Assembly: GCA_965112155.1 (NCBI GenBank)
Contig: OZ218106.1
Source: Podarcis liolepis
Lineage: Eukaryota
Direction: 5' to 3' (one strand)
DNA length: 64,000 nt
This document shows, piece after piece, positions 11,368-23,960 of this stretch (the stretch's first letter is position 1; every line of letters begins with the position of its first letter). Made by a program: the position numbers and the translations under genes. Under the pieces are notes generated by a model that was not told where the DNA came from, made no database searches, and saw only the letters and a program-made list of their open reading frames with translations.

Positions 11368-12877
11368 TGATACACCTGGAGTAGGAACCAGCAAGCCACT
11401 CCCCCATCCCTGCCAAGAAAACTCCATGGACAAAGACAACAGGCATATAAAAGTTATGACGCTGGAAGGTGAGCCCCTCAGGTCAGAAGGCATCCAACAT
11501 GCTACTGAGGAAGAGCGGAGGACAAGTACAAGTAGATTCAGAGCTGATGAAGCCGCTGGGCCAAAGCCAAAAGGTCGCTCAGTTGCGGATATGCCTGGAA
11601 GTGAAAGGAAAGTCCAATGCTGTAAAGAAAAATATTGCATAGGAACCTGGAATGTAAGAACCATGAACCTGGGTAAATTGGATGTGGTCAAAAATGAAAT
11701 GGCAAGAATAAATATTGACATCCTGGGCATCAGTGAACTAAAGTGGATGGGAATGGGCAAATTCAGTTCGAATGACCATCATACCTACTACTGCGGGCAA
11801 GAATCCCGTAAAAGAAATGGAGTGGCCCTCATAGTCAACAAAAGAGTGGCAAAAGCTGTACTGGGATGCAATCTCAAAAATGACAGAATGATCTCGATAC
11901 GAATCCAAGGCAGACCTTTTAACATCACAGTAATCCAAGTTTATGCACCAACTACCGGTGCTGAAGAAACTAAAATTGACCAATACTATGAAGACTTACA
12001 ACACCTTCTAGAAATGACACCAAAGAAGGATGTTCTTCTCATTATAGGGGATTGGAATGCTAAAGTAGGGAGTCAAGAGATAAAAGGAACAACTGGCAAG
12101 TTTGGCCTTGGAGTCCAAAATGAAGCAGGGCAAAAAGGCTAATAGAGTTCTGTCAAGAGAACAAGCTGGTCATCACAAACACTCTTTTCCAACAACACAA
12201 GAGATGACTCTACACATGGACATCACCAGATGGGCAGCATCGAAATCAGATTGATTATATTCTCTGCAGTCAAAGATGGAGAAGCTCTATACAGCCAGCA
12301 AAAACAAGACCTGGAGCTGACTGTGGCTCAGATCATCAGCTTTCTATAGTAAAATTCAAGCTTAAATTGCAGAGAGTAGGAAAAACCACTGGGCCAGTAG
12401 GATAAAATCTAAGTCAAATCCCTTATGAATACACAGTGGAAGCGAGATACAGGTTTAAGGATTTAGATTTGGTGGACAGAGTACCTAAAGAACTATGGAT
12501 GGAGGCTTATAACATTATACAGGAGGCAGCAACGAAAACCATCCCAATGAAAAGGAAATGCAAGAAAGCAAAGTGGCTGTCCAACGAGGCCTTACAAATA
12601 GTAGGGGAGAGAAGGCAAGCAAAATGTGAGGGAGATAGTGAAAGATACAGGAGATTGAATGTAGATTTAGCCTACATCCCAATCCCAAAGAAGGGCAGTG
12701 CCAAAGAATGCTCCAACTAACGCACAATTGCATTCATTTCACACGCTAGCAAGGTTATGCTTAAAATTCTACAAGGCAGGCTTAAGCAGTATGTGGACTG
12801 AGAACTCCCAAAAGTGCAAGCTGGATTTCAAAGGGACAGAGGAACCAGAGACCAAATTGCAAACATGTGCTGGATTA
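11368..12877 (+). mobile_element. BovB (RTE-clade) LINE, 5' part: APE endonuclease and start of RT region, defective
   Basis: ORF from ATG 11456 has GTWNVRTMN, DILGISELKW, IQVYAPT and IIGDWNAKVG, then after a +1 frameshift near 12135 YTWTSPDGQHRNQIDYIL and GADCGSDH. Closely matches the BovB ORF. Stops present, internal deletion near 12668, ends at GTRDQIAN. Confidence 0.97.
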
Positions 12878-14696
12878 AACACAAAGTGGCCATTTGCGAT
12901 CTGCCTAGTGAGATTAAATACCAACTAGCTGAAAGATAAAGAGAACAATAATATGCAACCTTGCTAAACTGTGTGCCACTTACTGTAAGCTCACCCTAAC
13001 TACTTTGCTATGCACAATAATCAATGGCTAGTAATGATACTGACCAAATGCACTTAACATTTCTGCCAGAGATTTGCAGCATGTATCAGAATGATGATGG
13101 GCCTTCCCAGCTTGCTTTATGGTGGCTTGTGGAGGTTGATCCAGCAGCTAAGGAATAAACTTGATCTCTGACTCATCCTCTTTAGTGACTAACTTTTATT
13201 TCGGAAAAGGTTGCAGCTGCTAAATCAGAGGAGGCCAGGATAGTTTGCTTCTTCTGCAATAAGCCACAACACTACTCTCTCTGTGTCTAAATGCTCAGTG
13301 CCAAATTGGAAAAAGTGCTGGATCCCAGTGGTATGCTGGAAAATAATGTGGGGTCTTTTTAAATAACTTGACCTCCCCAAGCTTCAGAGTATAGTACAAC
13401 GACCCCATGCTGCCAGTGAATATTGGCAGCATAGTCATGAGTCCTCATTCTACTTACATAAAGTTCAGAGTTAGGAAGAGGGAAGCTAGTGTCTACAGCA
13501 CCAAGGACTCTAAACAGGGCCCTCACTTCCATAAAAGACATTGGGAGTGTAAGTAAAACAAAGAAATCCAATCCAATCAGAAGATAAAGAAAGCTATTTC
13601 ACAGAAGCTGTACATCAGGTTTGGGGAACAATTTAGCCCTCCAGATGTTGTTGAACTCAACTCATATTAGCCCTAGCAAGCATGGCCAATGAATGGCCTT
13701 ACTAAATAGTCTCCACAGAGACATAATAATTTGGGCAGTGGAATTACTGACCTTGTTTCACCATTGTGTGGAAGTCTAAACTTACTGATACAGAATCAAG
13801 GCATGATTATAATGTCTAGAGTTGAACATGGTCTTCAGTTGGCACTTTGATCTCTTAAGTAAGTGCAAACTTTTAAAATTATGTTTTTAAAAAATCAAGG
13901 AAAGCAATTAGCCTACACTTGAAGACTGAAAACAGAACACTGGAAGCTACTTTTCCTACAAAATTAAGTGATAGCATATGCGCTGAGCAACTTGCTGTGC
14001 TTCCCAAGGGAGCTCTTCCCCATATGTTAGCTGGTTCTTTAGAGAACATGCTCAAAACACTGTTTGCTTCCAGAGAAACTTGCCACTGCTGCTACCTTAC
14101 AATTTGCTCTTGTTTTTCTTAGCTGCTCAAATTCTTGGGCTGTTTTGAGGCAAAGAATGATAACTATAGTGATTAATCTTTTTTAGTTGCAAAACTCTTA
14201 AATAAAGTGCAACGTGGCTGTTATTTTCATCACCCGCCTTCCCTTTTCTCCTGCCTACTCCATATTGCCCATCCACCAAACAACAGGCAAGTCCAGAAAT
14301 CTGATTAGCTGCTATAAACAGACATTCAAGCTCAGAGCTCCAGATTTGGTTATAGAAACAATAGAAGTGTTAACTCACAGTGGCATGCAACTGATTAACA
14401 AAGCCTTAGCTAAAGTTTTCAGCTAGAGATGGAGACAGAATTTACGGCTGCAAAAATATGTCGCTAGTTATTTCATGCTTATTAGCCATTTGTTTACATG
14501 GAATCTTTTCAAAATTTTGACTCACTGATTAGGATAAAATGTTCACCTACTGGAGATGTAAAGCTGCCAATTTAGAAAAGCCAAAGGACATAGTCCCTGG
14601 AATCCATCAAATGTAATTCTTAATAGTCTGAAAGCTTTCGAAATTGCATTAATTCAGTTACCACAATATTTTATACCTCGTCCGGCCCAGCCTTAC

Positions 14697-14792
14697 CTTG
14701 TCTTTGCAATTTCCTGATATTGCATGGAAAATAATTGTGGCCAAGAGTAAATTTTGACAAAGGAAATGCTTTAGGCTTTTGCTTGCTGAGTT
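14697..14792 (-). other. Candidate 96-nt internal exon, product unknown
   Basis: Acceptor ttccacaaacttttacag|AAC and strong donor AAG|gtaagg. Length is a multiple of 3 and two frames are stop-free. No recognised homology. Confidence 0.25.
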
Positions 14793-15830
14793 CTGTAAAA
14801 GTTTGTGGAATTGGATCTTTAGCTGTGAGCCCAGATACCAAGGTGTTGAAATGGTGTTTAAAGCCCCTTGTATATGATAATGTCTTTTCATTTCATTCAT
14901 GTTACCTTGAACGCTCTTTCGGGTGGATAATGCAAAAACAGTCAAGATGTTTGTAATAGTTTTGTTTATCGTACATTGCAAAATGAAATAGAAACATTTT
15001 TAAAAGACCCCTGTATATATATTTATATATTATGATCCTGACATTCATACTTGTTTCTTAGTTACAACTTAAACCACAACCACTGTGGTTTTGGACCCCA
15101 AAGAAACTCAACTCCAGTTTGTTTTTAAAAGCACAATTCTAATAATATGTTCAAATAACAATAAGCTTTTAGCTTCACTTATTTTCAAGCTATTTTATTC
15201 AGTGCTTTAGTCATAACTACCATTTAAAATTATTATAATAGAAAGAGATTAGGTAGCAATTTGTTTCACTCACTTTACTCTTTTGTTAGTGTGTATCTCT
15301 GAAAGAACAATGATAAGAAAATAAAAATTGAAGGACTACAAATTGCCTTTTAAAGGTTTATCTAGATATCACACTGAATATGAACACAACCATTAGAAGC
15401 ATCTCTTGCACAAGTTGCCAGGCTTAATATTAAAAGAAGAGCTCCTAGCCCTTAAATGTGCTTCTATAAACTCAGCTCCTGAGCGTGCAAAGTGTTAAGA
15501 AAATGCCTTCAAGCTTGCACAGAAGCTTCCCATTGCCAATGAGTAACCGCAAATCACCCATCTGGCTGTAGGGGGGAATATCTATATACCAGGACACAAA
15601 TGATGTCTTTGAAGCAAACATCAGTCCCCGTACTAGCACACATCACTGAAATCAATGGGAGTTTTGCAAAAGCCCTTACCATTTTAAGCAGGATAACTCC
15701 AAGAAATCAGTGTAAGTTGCTGCCAGCTGGCCAGAAGGCAGAGAAGTACCCTAGTAACTAGTTAATTACAGCAAGAAATTTCAGAGGCAACAACCTACTC
15801 CCTCTTTTCTTGATTGTTAATCCACTATGG

Positions 15831-16108
15831 CAGGGATGTCCAACAGGTCGATTGGGATCCACTAAGAGATTTAGGTAGATCGGGTAGATCATTGGCCCCT
15901 CGCCGTACCCTCCAAATCGCTATCATTAGCGATCTCTTGGTGAGCTCATTTTTCTATTTATTTGATCTTGATCTCTTAATTAACTGATATTTCCTCTCTT
16001 AAAAAAGCTCAAGCACTTTGACCTGAACCCTCCCAAAAAATGGGTAGAACACTGCCAGATTTTAATTGTGCAAGTAGGTCGCAGTCTATTGGAAGTTGGA
16101 TGTCCCTG
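15831..16108. mobile_element. hAT-type MITE nested in an older squamate repeat
   Basis: TIRs CAGGGATGTCCAAC / GTTGGATGTCCCTG. TSD CACTATGG / TGCTATGG. The flanks rejoin into the family seen at 33230-33400. Confidence 0.8.
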
Positions 16109-16274
16109 TGCTATGGGAACTGAAGCTCTGTAAGGGGAATAGGGGCATCCTAACAACTCTCAACACCCTTGTCAGACCACAGTTCCCAGGGCCATTGAAG
16201 TGGTATTAGAGTGCTTTAAAAGTAAGGTGCAGATGTGGCTATGATATATTACACACTTGCTCTTTCTTTCCTAA

Positions 16275-16792
16275 TGCTACAACTTTCCTGAACTGTAAAG
16301 CCCAATGGAGGTCTCGTGGGAGTGGTTGGATGCAGGGATACCAAAGAAGAACATCAAAAACCTTAGAACAGCCAGCTCTAGTGCTTTATTTATGAAGGTG
16401 TAGACTTACAGCACAGCAGCCTGCCAGGCCTCCTTGCCTTTGCAGACATGGGACGGACACCGCAGCAAGGAGATGGCTTGTCTGCCTCCAAGCAAATGTG
16501 CATATATTCTTTATATGCAAAGTAGCACACATCATTTCACCTGACTAGATGAGGGCATAGGTGGCAAATACCCAATCTTTACAGATAGCTCCCCTTTCTG
16601 GGCTCAGAGCCCAGCACCCCAAGCCCACAGATAAGAACAACATCAAAGCAAACCAATTAGCTTATATCAAAGCAAGTGGATATAAACATATATAAGCTCA
16701 TTGCTACAACATTACCAATTAATTGCGAGGTTATCTTGACTACCAAGATGGCGTTAGCAAAGCTTCCGGAGTAGTTCACCTTGGGTTCAACA
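16275..16792 (-). mobile_element. Candidate solo LTR
   Basis: TG...CA boundaries with near-TSD CCTAA / CCTAG. On the minus strand the order is YY1-like CGCCATCTTG, then TATA-like ATATAAA (about 16510), then AATAAA (about 16385). About 520 bp. Confidence 0.4.
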
Positions 16793-18332
16793 CCTAGGGT
16801 CTTTCTTTCGTTCTCCCCCACTTGCCACCCTCCTCATCCTCTTTCAATGGGCATACAAATATGGGGAAGTAAAATAATATATCAGATAGCTCTGGGGGCA
16901 ACATGAAATCAGGCTATGGGCAGCATGTGGCCCCCAAGGCCACAGACGGTTCCACACCTGCTTGACCATTTTCCGATTCCCCTCAGCCAAACCATATTCC
17001 TTCTGCAGCCTCTGTGAGGCATTGTGAGCTTTTGTGGCAGGGATGTCAATGTCCTTTGTCAATAATTCCTCTGGAAAGGAGGTCCTTGGCAAGCCCAGTT
17101 CTGAATATGCTTTGCGAGTGTCCAGTTCAAACTTAAGTAGCATAGAGCTGACTGTTTTTAAATGCTTGAGAATGGATTGAAAACAAATGAGTTTTGAAAG
17201 TTTGGGGGACTCTGCATGGTATCCCAAATCTAAAAATAGTACCTCGACACCAAATCAAAGAAAGGCAAAGGAAATATTAATTAATTAGTAGTGCATCTAC
17301 ACTTCTCTTCAGGCATTCAGTTTGACCATATGAAGGAACAAACATAAATGCTGCATGTGTGGGGCACACTTCTTTGCCAGCGCATGATCCATGTTCATAC
17401 GAAGGCCTTACTGCAGTCCCCTTCAGAATGATGTTGATCATGCATTAACTAAGGAGTGTGCTTGGCCTGTGCAATATCCCAAAGTAGAGGAACCTGCCCC
17501 ACGCATTTGCCCCTCTGTGCATTCAAACTGAATGCCTAAATGCAGCTAATGACTTGCTACAAATGCAACACAATTCTATTCATGGAAGTAAATTCCACTC
17601 ATTTCAACTGCACTTATTCCATGTAAGCACGCGTAGGACTGCAGCCTTAGCCACACAGTAATAATTGGTCTACTCAATATATAGATATTTCAGTCCCTCT
17701 AGCATGCCATAAAAATGTGGTGTTCTTCTTCTTCGCTATTTAATGTTCAGGATTCTGCATTAAGGCAACCAGCTCTCACTACACTTTGCCTTTGGAAATA
17801 TAATGGGAGCACAGAGGCAGACAATCTGTCCCAAACAGGAAATGCCTCAATGTTCTCTAGGCAAAAGGCATGTGGCAGGAGAAATGGCAAGCTCTAAGAA
17901 TATCCATCACTTCCTTTGCGTGGGCAGTGACAGAAGTCAGCACAGGAAGTTGCTTGGCTATAGGACAAATAACAAGATGAAGCAGGTGAAGCATTTATCT
18001 GCCTAAATTTCAAAACTGAGTTAAGTGCATCCCTTCTGATATCTTACATTGAAATAGAACTTTGACTCCCAACAGTCACTAGTGCATATGAATATTTTTG
18101 AACTCTTTGCAAGTGTTGGATTTTCCATTATCAGAGAATGCAAGCAAGTAAGCAGCAGGGACAGCGGCAGTTCCTCCTCCTCAATTATGGCAGCTCCGTG
18201 GAGTACCCTCCTGAAATGCTGTGTGCTTAGGCTTCAGCAGCTGGCCCAAAATATTGGTTCTCTAACCAGAGGGGTCCTAAAATTGTGGCTTGCTGTAAAA
18301 CAAAACAATTTACAGTCACATATTGTGAATGT

Positions 18333-18779
18333 TTTTGTCCATAGAGTTTTGTCCAGTGAGAGCCGGACCATAAAGAAGGCTGACCGCTGAAGAATGGATG
18401 CTTTTGAATTCTGGTGCTGGAGGAGACTCTTGAGAGTCCCATGGACTGCAAGAAGATCAAACCGATCCATTCTTAAGGAAATCAGCCCTGAGTGCTCACT
18501 GGAAAGACAGATCCTGAAGCTGAGGCTCCAATACTTTGGCCACCTCATGAGAAGAGAAGACTCCCTGGAAAAGACCCTGATGCTGGGAAAGATGGAGGGC
18601 ACAAGGAGAAGGGGACGACAGAGAATGAGATGGTAGGACAGTGTTCTCGAAGCTACGAACATGAATTTGACCAAACTGTGGAAGGCAGTGGAAGACAGGA
18701 GTGCCTGGCGTGCTCTGGTCCATGGGGTCACGAAGAGTCAGACACCACTAAACGACTAAACAACAACAACAACAACAAC
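18333..18779 (+). mobile_element. 5'-truncated BovB LINE, 3' end
   Basis: Encodes DAFEFWCWRRLLRVPWTARRSNRSILKEISPECSLE...KLRLQYFGHLMRREDSLEKTLMLGK. 3' UTR CATGGGGTCACGAAGAGTCAGACAC and a (CAA)n tail. 11-bp TSD ATTGTGAATGT at 18322-18332 and 18780-18790. Confidence 0.97.
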
Positions 18780-19180
18780 ATTGTGAATGTATACCTAAGG
18801 TTTCTTGAACTAGCGAACCAGACTATATACTTCACTCCTTCCCAGACACCCAACAGTTTCCCAGTTTCCCATAGAATGTCTGAGGTAACACCAGAAGAAA
18901 AGTAGTGTTTGCTTAAATAAGCATGCAAAGCAGCAAGAGAGATTCCTGTACCAACCTGCTTGTGGGCTTTGGTGCAATCCAGCCAATCAGGAATTGCTAG
19001 TTAATTGACAGAACTCACAGAATGGGGAGGAGGAGGGGCCAATTCTAAAATCAAAGGCCAATTCTAATAACAAGTAACGTGCTTCCTTCTGTGAAATCTC
19101 TTAGTTCTACAGTACCTTTTCAATTTACAAGGCAAACCCTTAAGGAGATGTGCATATTTTGATATCTCCACATCTTAGGG

Positions 19181-19432
19181 AAGGAGGTTGTTTAACTGGA
19201 CCACAAGCCGTCCCCGAACTGAGCCGCCCGCTTGGCGAGTTCCCGCGCGCTGCGCCAAACCGGCGCAGTGTGGTGCAGGGACTCGCTTTTGCAGCGCCAG
19301 AAATCATGTCTGAGCAGACACAGGCACCAGAAATCATGGGTGTGAGCGCTCATGCACACACCCGATCCGGCCCACTGAGGGATCTCCACTGGAGTGAACC
19401 GGCCCAGGAAAGGTAAACCTTGCCGACCCCTG
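19181..19432. mobile_element. CpG-rich hAT-type MITE
   Basis: Right TIR AAACCTTGCCGACCCCTG. Perfect 8-bp TSD TCTTAGGG at 19173-19180 and 19433-19440. Left TIR degraded. Confidence 0.8.
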
Positions 19433-22400
19433 TCTTAGGGGGTGCTTCCACCCATGGGAGCTTCCCCATCTTCAAGAAGTAGTTGGTGAGCCTCTACTTA
19501 AATTGCAGTTTCTGAGAGCTGTACATCTGGAGAGTACCATATTTCTTCTTACCAAGGTAGTTGCCCCAAAGCCCCAGATGACCTTTCAAAAATAAGGCTG
19601 TTTTTACTCAGGGGTGAAAGTATTTAGCATGGCAGATTTAAACAATCTTGCCGTGATTTTACAGTTCTGTCACTGTGTTTTAGATATGCAGATGTAGCTA
19701 CAATAATTGTTTTATACTGTTTTGTAGCTGATTCTGTTATTTATTTGCATTTTATACTTGAAATGTTTTGTTGTTGGTAACTTGAAATGGTACAAGCTTG
19801 GAAAAGTATGTTATTATACTTTGAAAACCCAGATTGTTGGCTTCAGAGATGGGTCAGTCCTGATTTATAGGAGTACCACTGTTGGGTGTATATCTTTCAG
19901 TGAACTAAAGGGAATGGATCTTCCTTCAAAATTATATGAAACGGATGCAGGGAAAAGATTTTGCATTCTCAATAGGCATGGTTTGGCACAGTCAGCAGAA
20001 GAAGCTTTGGGAAGTAAGGGGTTTTTACTTCCACCCCTGGCCTTGTTAGCTTGCTGAATATCTTGCAACTATGAACATACATTCCAGCAACTTTGAGTTT
20101 TACTACATAGAAATGTTGTCTTTTGATCTTATAGCAGAAGTTGATTCAGCTACTGAAATTACATTTTTAATTGAGTCCCATTCATTCCAGAAATAGTTTT
20201 AACAGGACACAGTTGTTTCTTATCCAGCTCTACATACATTTCCTACTCTGTCTATCCTTTGATTGTTCAGTTCTTGTTTCACTTAGAAATCGGGAGTAAG
20301 GTTTGTCACAGATGGCCACAGCATAACAAACACCTGAGGGCAAAATCTCAAACCTATGTGGTCAGAGAGTGCAGCAGATTCAGCATCTTTCTTGTTAAAA
20401 GCCATCTTTCGCAAACAATGTGAACTATGTGGTATTTTTGAAATATCTACTGCTTCCAGACAGATGCTGAGACATTCGGGCTTGGCCTGCAAACCCCTGC
20501 AGGAGGGCTGGAGAATTTCTGGTGGCAAGCCAGGCCTAATATACCTTGCTATAGCTACAATTCTGCCTGTGACCCAGACTTAACATTATAGGGAGACATG
20601 TGGCAAGTACCAACCCCAACTCCCTAGTACATCTTTGTGTCATGATGGCATTACTTCACCCCTTGATCTGCTTCATTGGCTGTCACTTGTGGGAAGTGTG
20701 GAATGTTAAGGAGCAAACTATCACTTCAGACATCTGGCCCATCTACTCAGAACAGCAATGACTCTCCAGAGTCCCAGGGTACAGGTTTCTGTCATCACTG
20801 GCTACCTGTTTGTTTTAGCTGGAATGCCCATGATCCAATCCTGAGTCTTCTGTGTGCAAAACATAAGCTCTAGTAGTGAGTTGCAGTGGCATGCAGTCTA
20901 TGGATTAGGGGGACTAGGCTAGGAAGCTTCTGCCCAGGATAGGGAGGGACGTGTGATGCTCCGACGGGTCCAAGAGCCCTCCCACTACCTCCCCCAAATC
21001 CACCTGGCTTTGGGAAGGAGGCAAGAGGACTCAGAGTCCTGTCAGAGGCCTGGCGCCCAAAGCCCAGGAAGCTTCTGCCCAGCTTGGGGAGGAAGGCACG
21101 ATGCTCACAAGTGCGACATCTCCATCGCCCTCGCAAGCTGGTGGGTCTCGCCCTATCTGTTCTGCTACAAAAATTTCACTGCACGCCACTGGCGAGTTGT
21201 AGCCCCTCACCACACAATGCCATTGCAACATTTATGGTCTTCAGCATAAAGAGATAGGGAGAAAAACACAGGCCAGCAGCATCCATAGGTCTGCCTGTAA
21301 TAGAGTGTTTGGGTCTCAGACTTCCATCCTGATCCTAAACGTACTTACTAAGCAGTCTCATGACTTCAACAGGACTCAGTTCTACATATGCCTGCTTAGG
21401 TCTGCAGCATTGTACCTTCGCTCAGGCTCTTGTGGGCTGCACAGTATTTAAAATAATTTCACAATTGTTCCAATGTTTCTGAAGATATATTTACATACAA
21501 GATTTCTGTAGATAAAATTTTGCACCCTGCAGTGTAGTTTCTCATAGCTCAGTGTTGAGCAAATGACAAAAAACAAGTCACTTCAGTGGCATCTGTTGTC
21601 TGGCATCTGTTGTCATTTAACGAATTTTGGAAACCTTAACTTTCTGCCTACCACCTACGACACACACACACTCTTGTGCATTTAGATACCACAAACCTGT
21701 GTGTTTCGCAGTATGCCATACAAATTTAGCTTCCATATGTTCAGAGTTCCCAAGCACACTATAATCTACCAAGAGTTACACCAGTAGCAGAAAAAGCCAG
21801 CATTCTACCAACCAAAATAAAAAGTATTCAGGTACAAATTTTAGATAAACATCAATAAAGCACACTGTAAGATAATAGTTATGTTGTATGTTAGATCAGG
21901 ATGGATCAACTTTTCATACCTAGAGTGCTGCAAGACTACTTCAGCACAGAACTCATGGGCAGCACACTGCCTTGTTGTGGGGGTGGGGGCAAGGGGAAGG
22001 CACTGGGTTTTGGGAAGGAAGTGCAAGGCTCTAGCAAGGTCCTAAAGCCCTCCCACCTGCTTCCCAAAACCTAGCCCCTCACTTACCTAGCTCTGGTGAG
22101 GCAGCACAAAGGAAGGGCATCAAATGTTTTTGAAGGACCACCATAAAAGGCCTTGAGGTCTGCACCTCGGGCCATGTGTTGGACTACGCTGTGTAAGATC
22201 ACAAGAGAATGTAACCTCTCTCAACAGTCCTTGGGTCTATCAGCACAGCCCTACACTGATTTTTGCTCACTATGGTAATCAAAGCAAGCTCGGTTTCATT
22301 TAGGTCTATGCTCCAAGATGAAAATAAGAAATGACTCAAAGACACTCTAGATATGAAATGGGTTCCTGTTTGAATACTTACAAATAGATTGAATAAGATT

Positions 22401-23749
22401 CATTGACAAAAAGCGTGTAGAGCCCCAGTTCTGGTGATTTCTTTTCTCTAATCCCCTGGTGATTGTATACATAAATAGCATGCTACTAAACCCAGGTCAC
22501 TTTAAAAAGATGAAGAAAGCTCCCCACCCAAAAGAAGAACTCTTTATTGCACTGGCTGGTTGTTCCTGGAGTTCCTCTAGATAAGACCACCTGCCTGTCC
22601 TTCCAGCCGTCCTCTACGCTGCTTTCATCTGTGTTGAAAGGAAACTTGCAAGACACACCTGTTCTGTGCCTGGGGGGAAGCACCCAAGCAGCTTTGCATT
22701 TTGATAGAGCCTCTTCCTATATCAATTCTCTCTACCTTTGCAAGAGAAGAATCCTGCCACAGCTTGAGAAACCTGACACCACACCAATTTTAGAGTAACT
22801 TTTCTACCGGCTTTGAAGTTCCATATAATTTTGCAGACATGTGACAATCACATCGCACTTCTGATTTTATCATAGGTCCCCATTTGTTATGATGTCTACA
22901 TCCCATATGGCAAATTCACTCCAAATATGGTGGTTGCCAGCTTCACTAGTCAACAAAGATCTCACCAACAAGAAAAGAGATTTCACCAACCAGAAAAGCT
23001 GAAAGACTAACAGTACAAGCCTAACTATGTCTACTCATCAGAGGAACATACAGGAGAGCCTCTCTGAACAATCTCAGCTCAGGGGCAGGGAGACGCCTCT
23101 TTGGAGACAGACCCTTTTGCAATACTTGTGCATATTATCTAAAAAGGTGGAGTAGGAAGGGGTATATTTGCTTTCCTTTAGCACAACTGGTGGTTTTTCA
23201 ATATGCAAATGTGTGCAATCTAATCAACTGGTTAATCAGTTCATTGACAAGATCATGTGATTCACAAGCTAAAGTTTCTTTAATCAGATTCCTTTTAATC
23301 AGGTGACAATGATGGGAAAAGGGTTGCTTCACAATATTCCCTAGGTAGTCAGGCACATGTTAAAAGGCAAAGGAGAAAGACCAGTTAAAAAGAAGATGGT
23401 GACCTTCATGAAAACCCTAAGAAAACATGGTTAGGATGTAAACAGAGGTGCAATGCAAAGGGTTTTACTTCCAACCAAAGTTGCCACCTTTTTCTTTTTA
23501 CATGTCAAAAATGCACAAGAGACATGCATTCTCTGCCTTGGGCACTGGGCCACCAACACATATGCTTGTTTGCTGAAATTCAGTCCTTAGCTATTCTCCC
23601 CACCTGGGTATTTGAACCTGGGAGCCCATGCACCCAATTTGAAAATTATACCCCAGACTGCAATCCAGGTACCATGATGACAAGAGGTCCCAGGTTCAAA
23701 GCCCCAGACTAGTTCTGTCTAGGTGGGGAAAACTGGCCATACCATTTGT

Positions 23750-23960
23750 GGGGGGAAACAGCTCAATAGAAGAAGGCATGCTTTGCAACCAGAACTTTCC
23801 AGGTTCAGCCCCTGTCATCTCCAGGAAGAAGGATCAAAGGGCAAGAGATACAACTGATCTCTCTCTACCAAGAGTCTAGGGAGCCATTTCTAGCCAGAGC
23901 AGACAATAGTCTAGCCTAGATAGAAAAATAGCCTGGGCTGTCACACGGTAGCTTCTTATG
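23750..23960 (+). mobile_element. Squam3-like SINE (diverged)
   Basis: AGCTCAATAG...CCAGGTTCAGCCCCTGTCATCTCCAGG...AGAGCAGACAATAG...GGTAGCTTCTTATG. Confidence 0.6.

Noticed and set aside
11351-12142. 263-aa ORF as a host gene
   Set aside because: It is the BovB endonuclease region and ends at a frameshift, so it is a defective retrotransposon.
11368-18779. The two BovB pieces as one element split by a 5.5-kb insertion
   Set aside because: The 3' piece has its own 11-bp TSD, so it is an independent 5'-truncated insertion. The RT core is absent from both.
19181-19432. CpG island or promoter (also 39956-40215 and 53713-53894)
   Set aside because: The CpG-rich sequence lies inside TSD-bounded MITEs.
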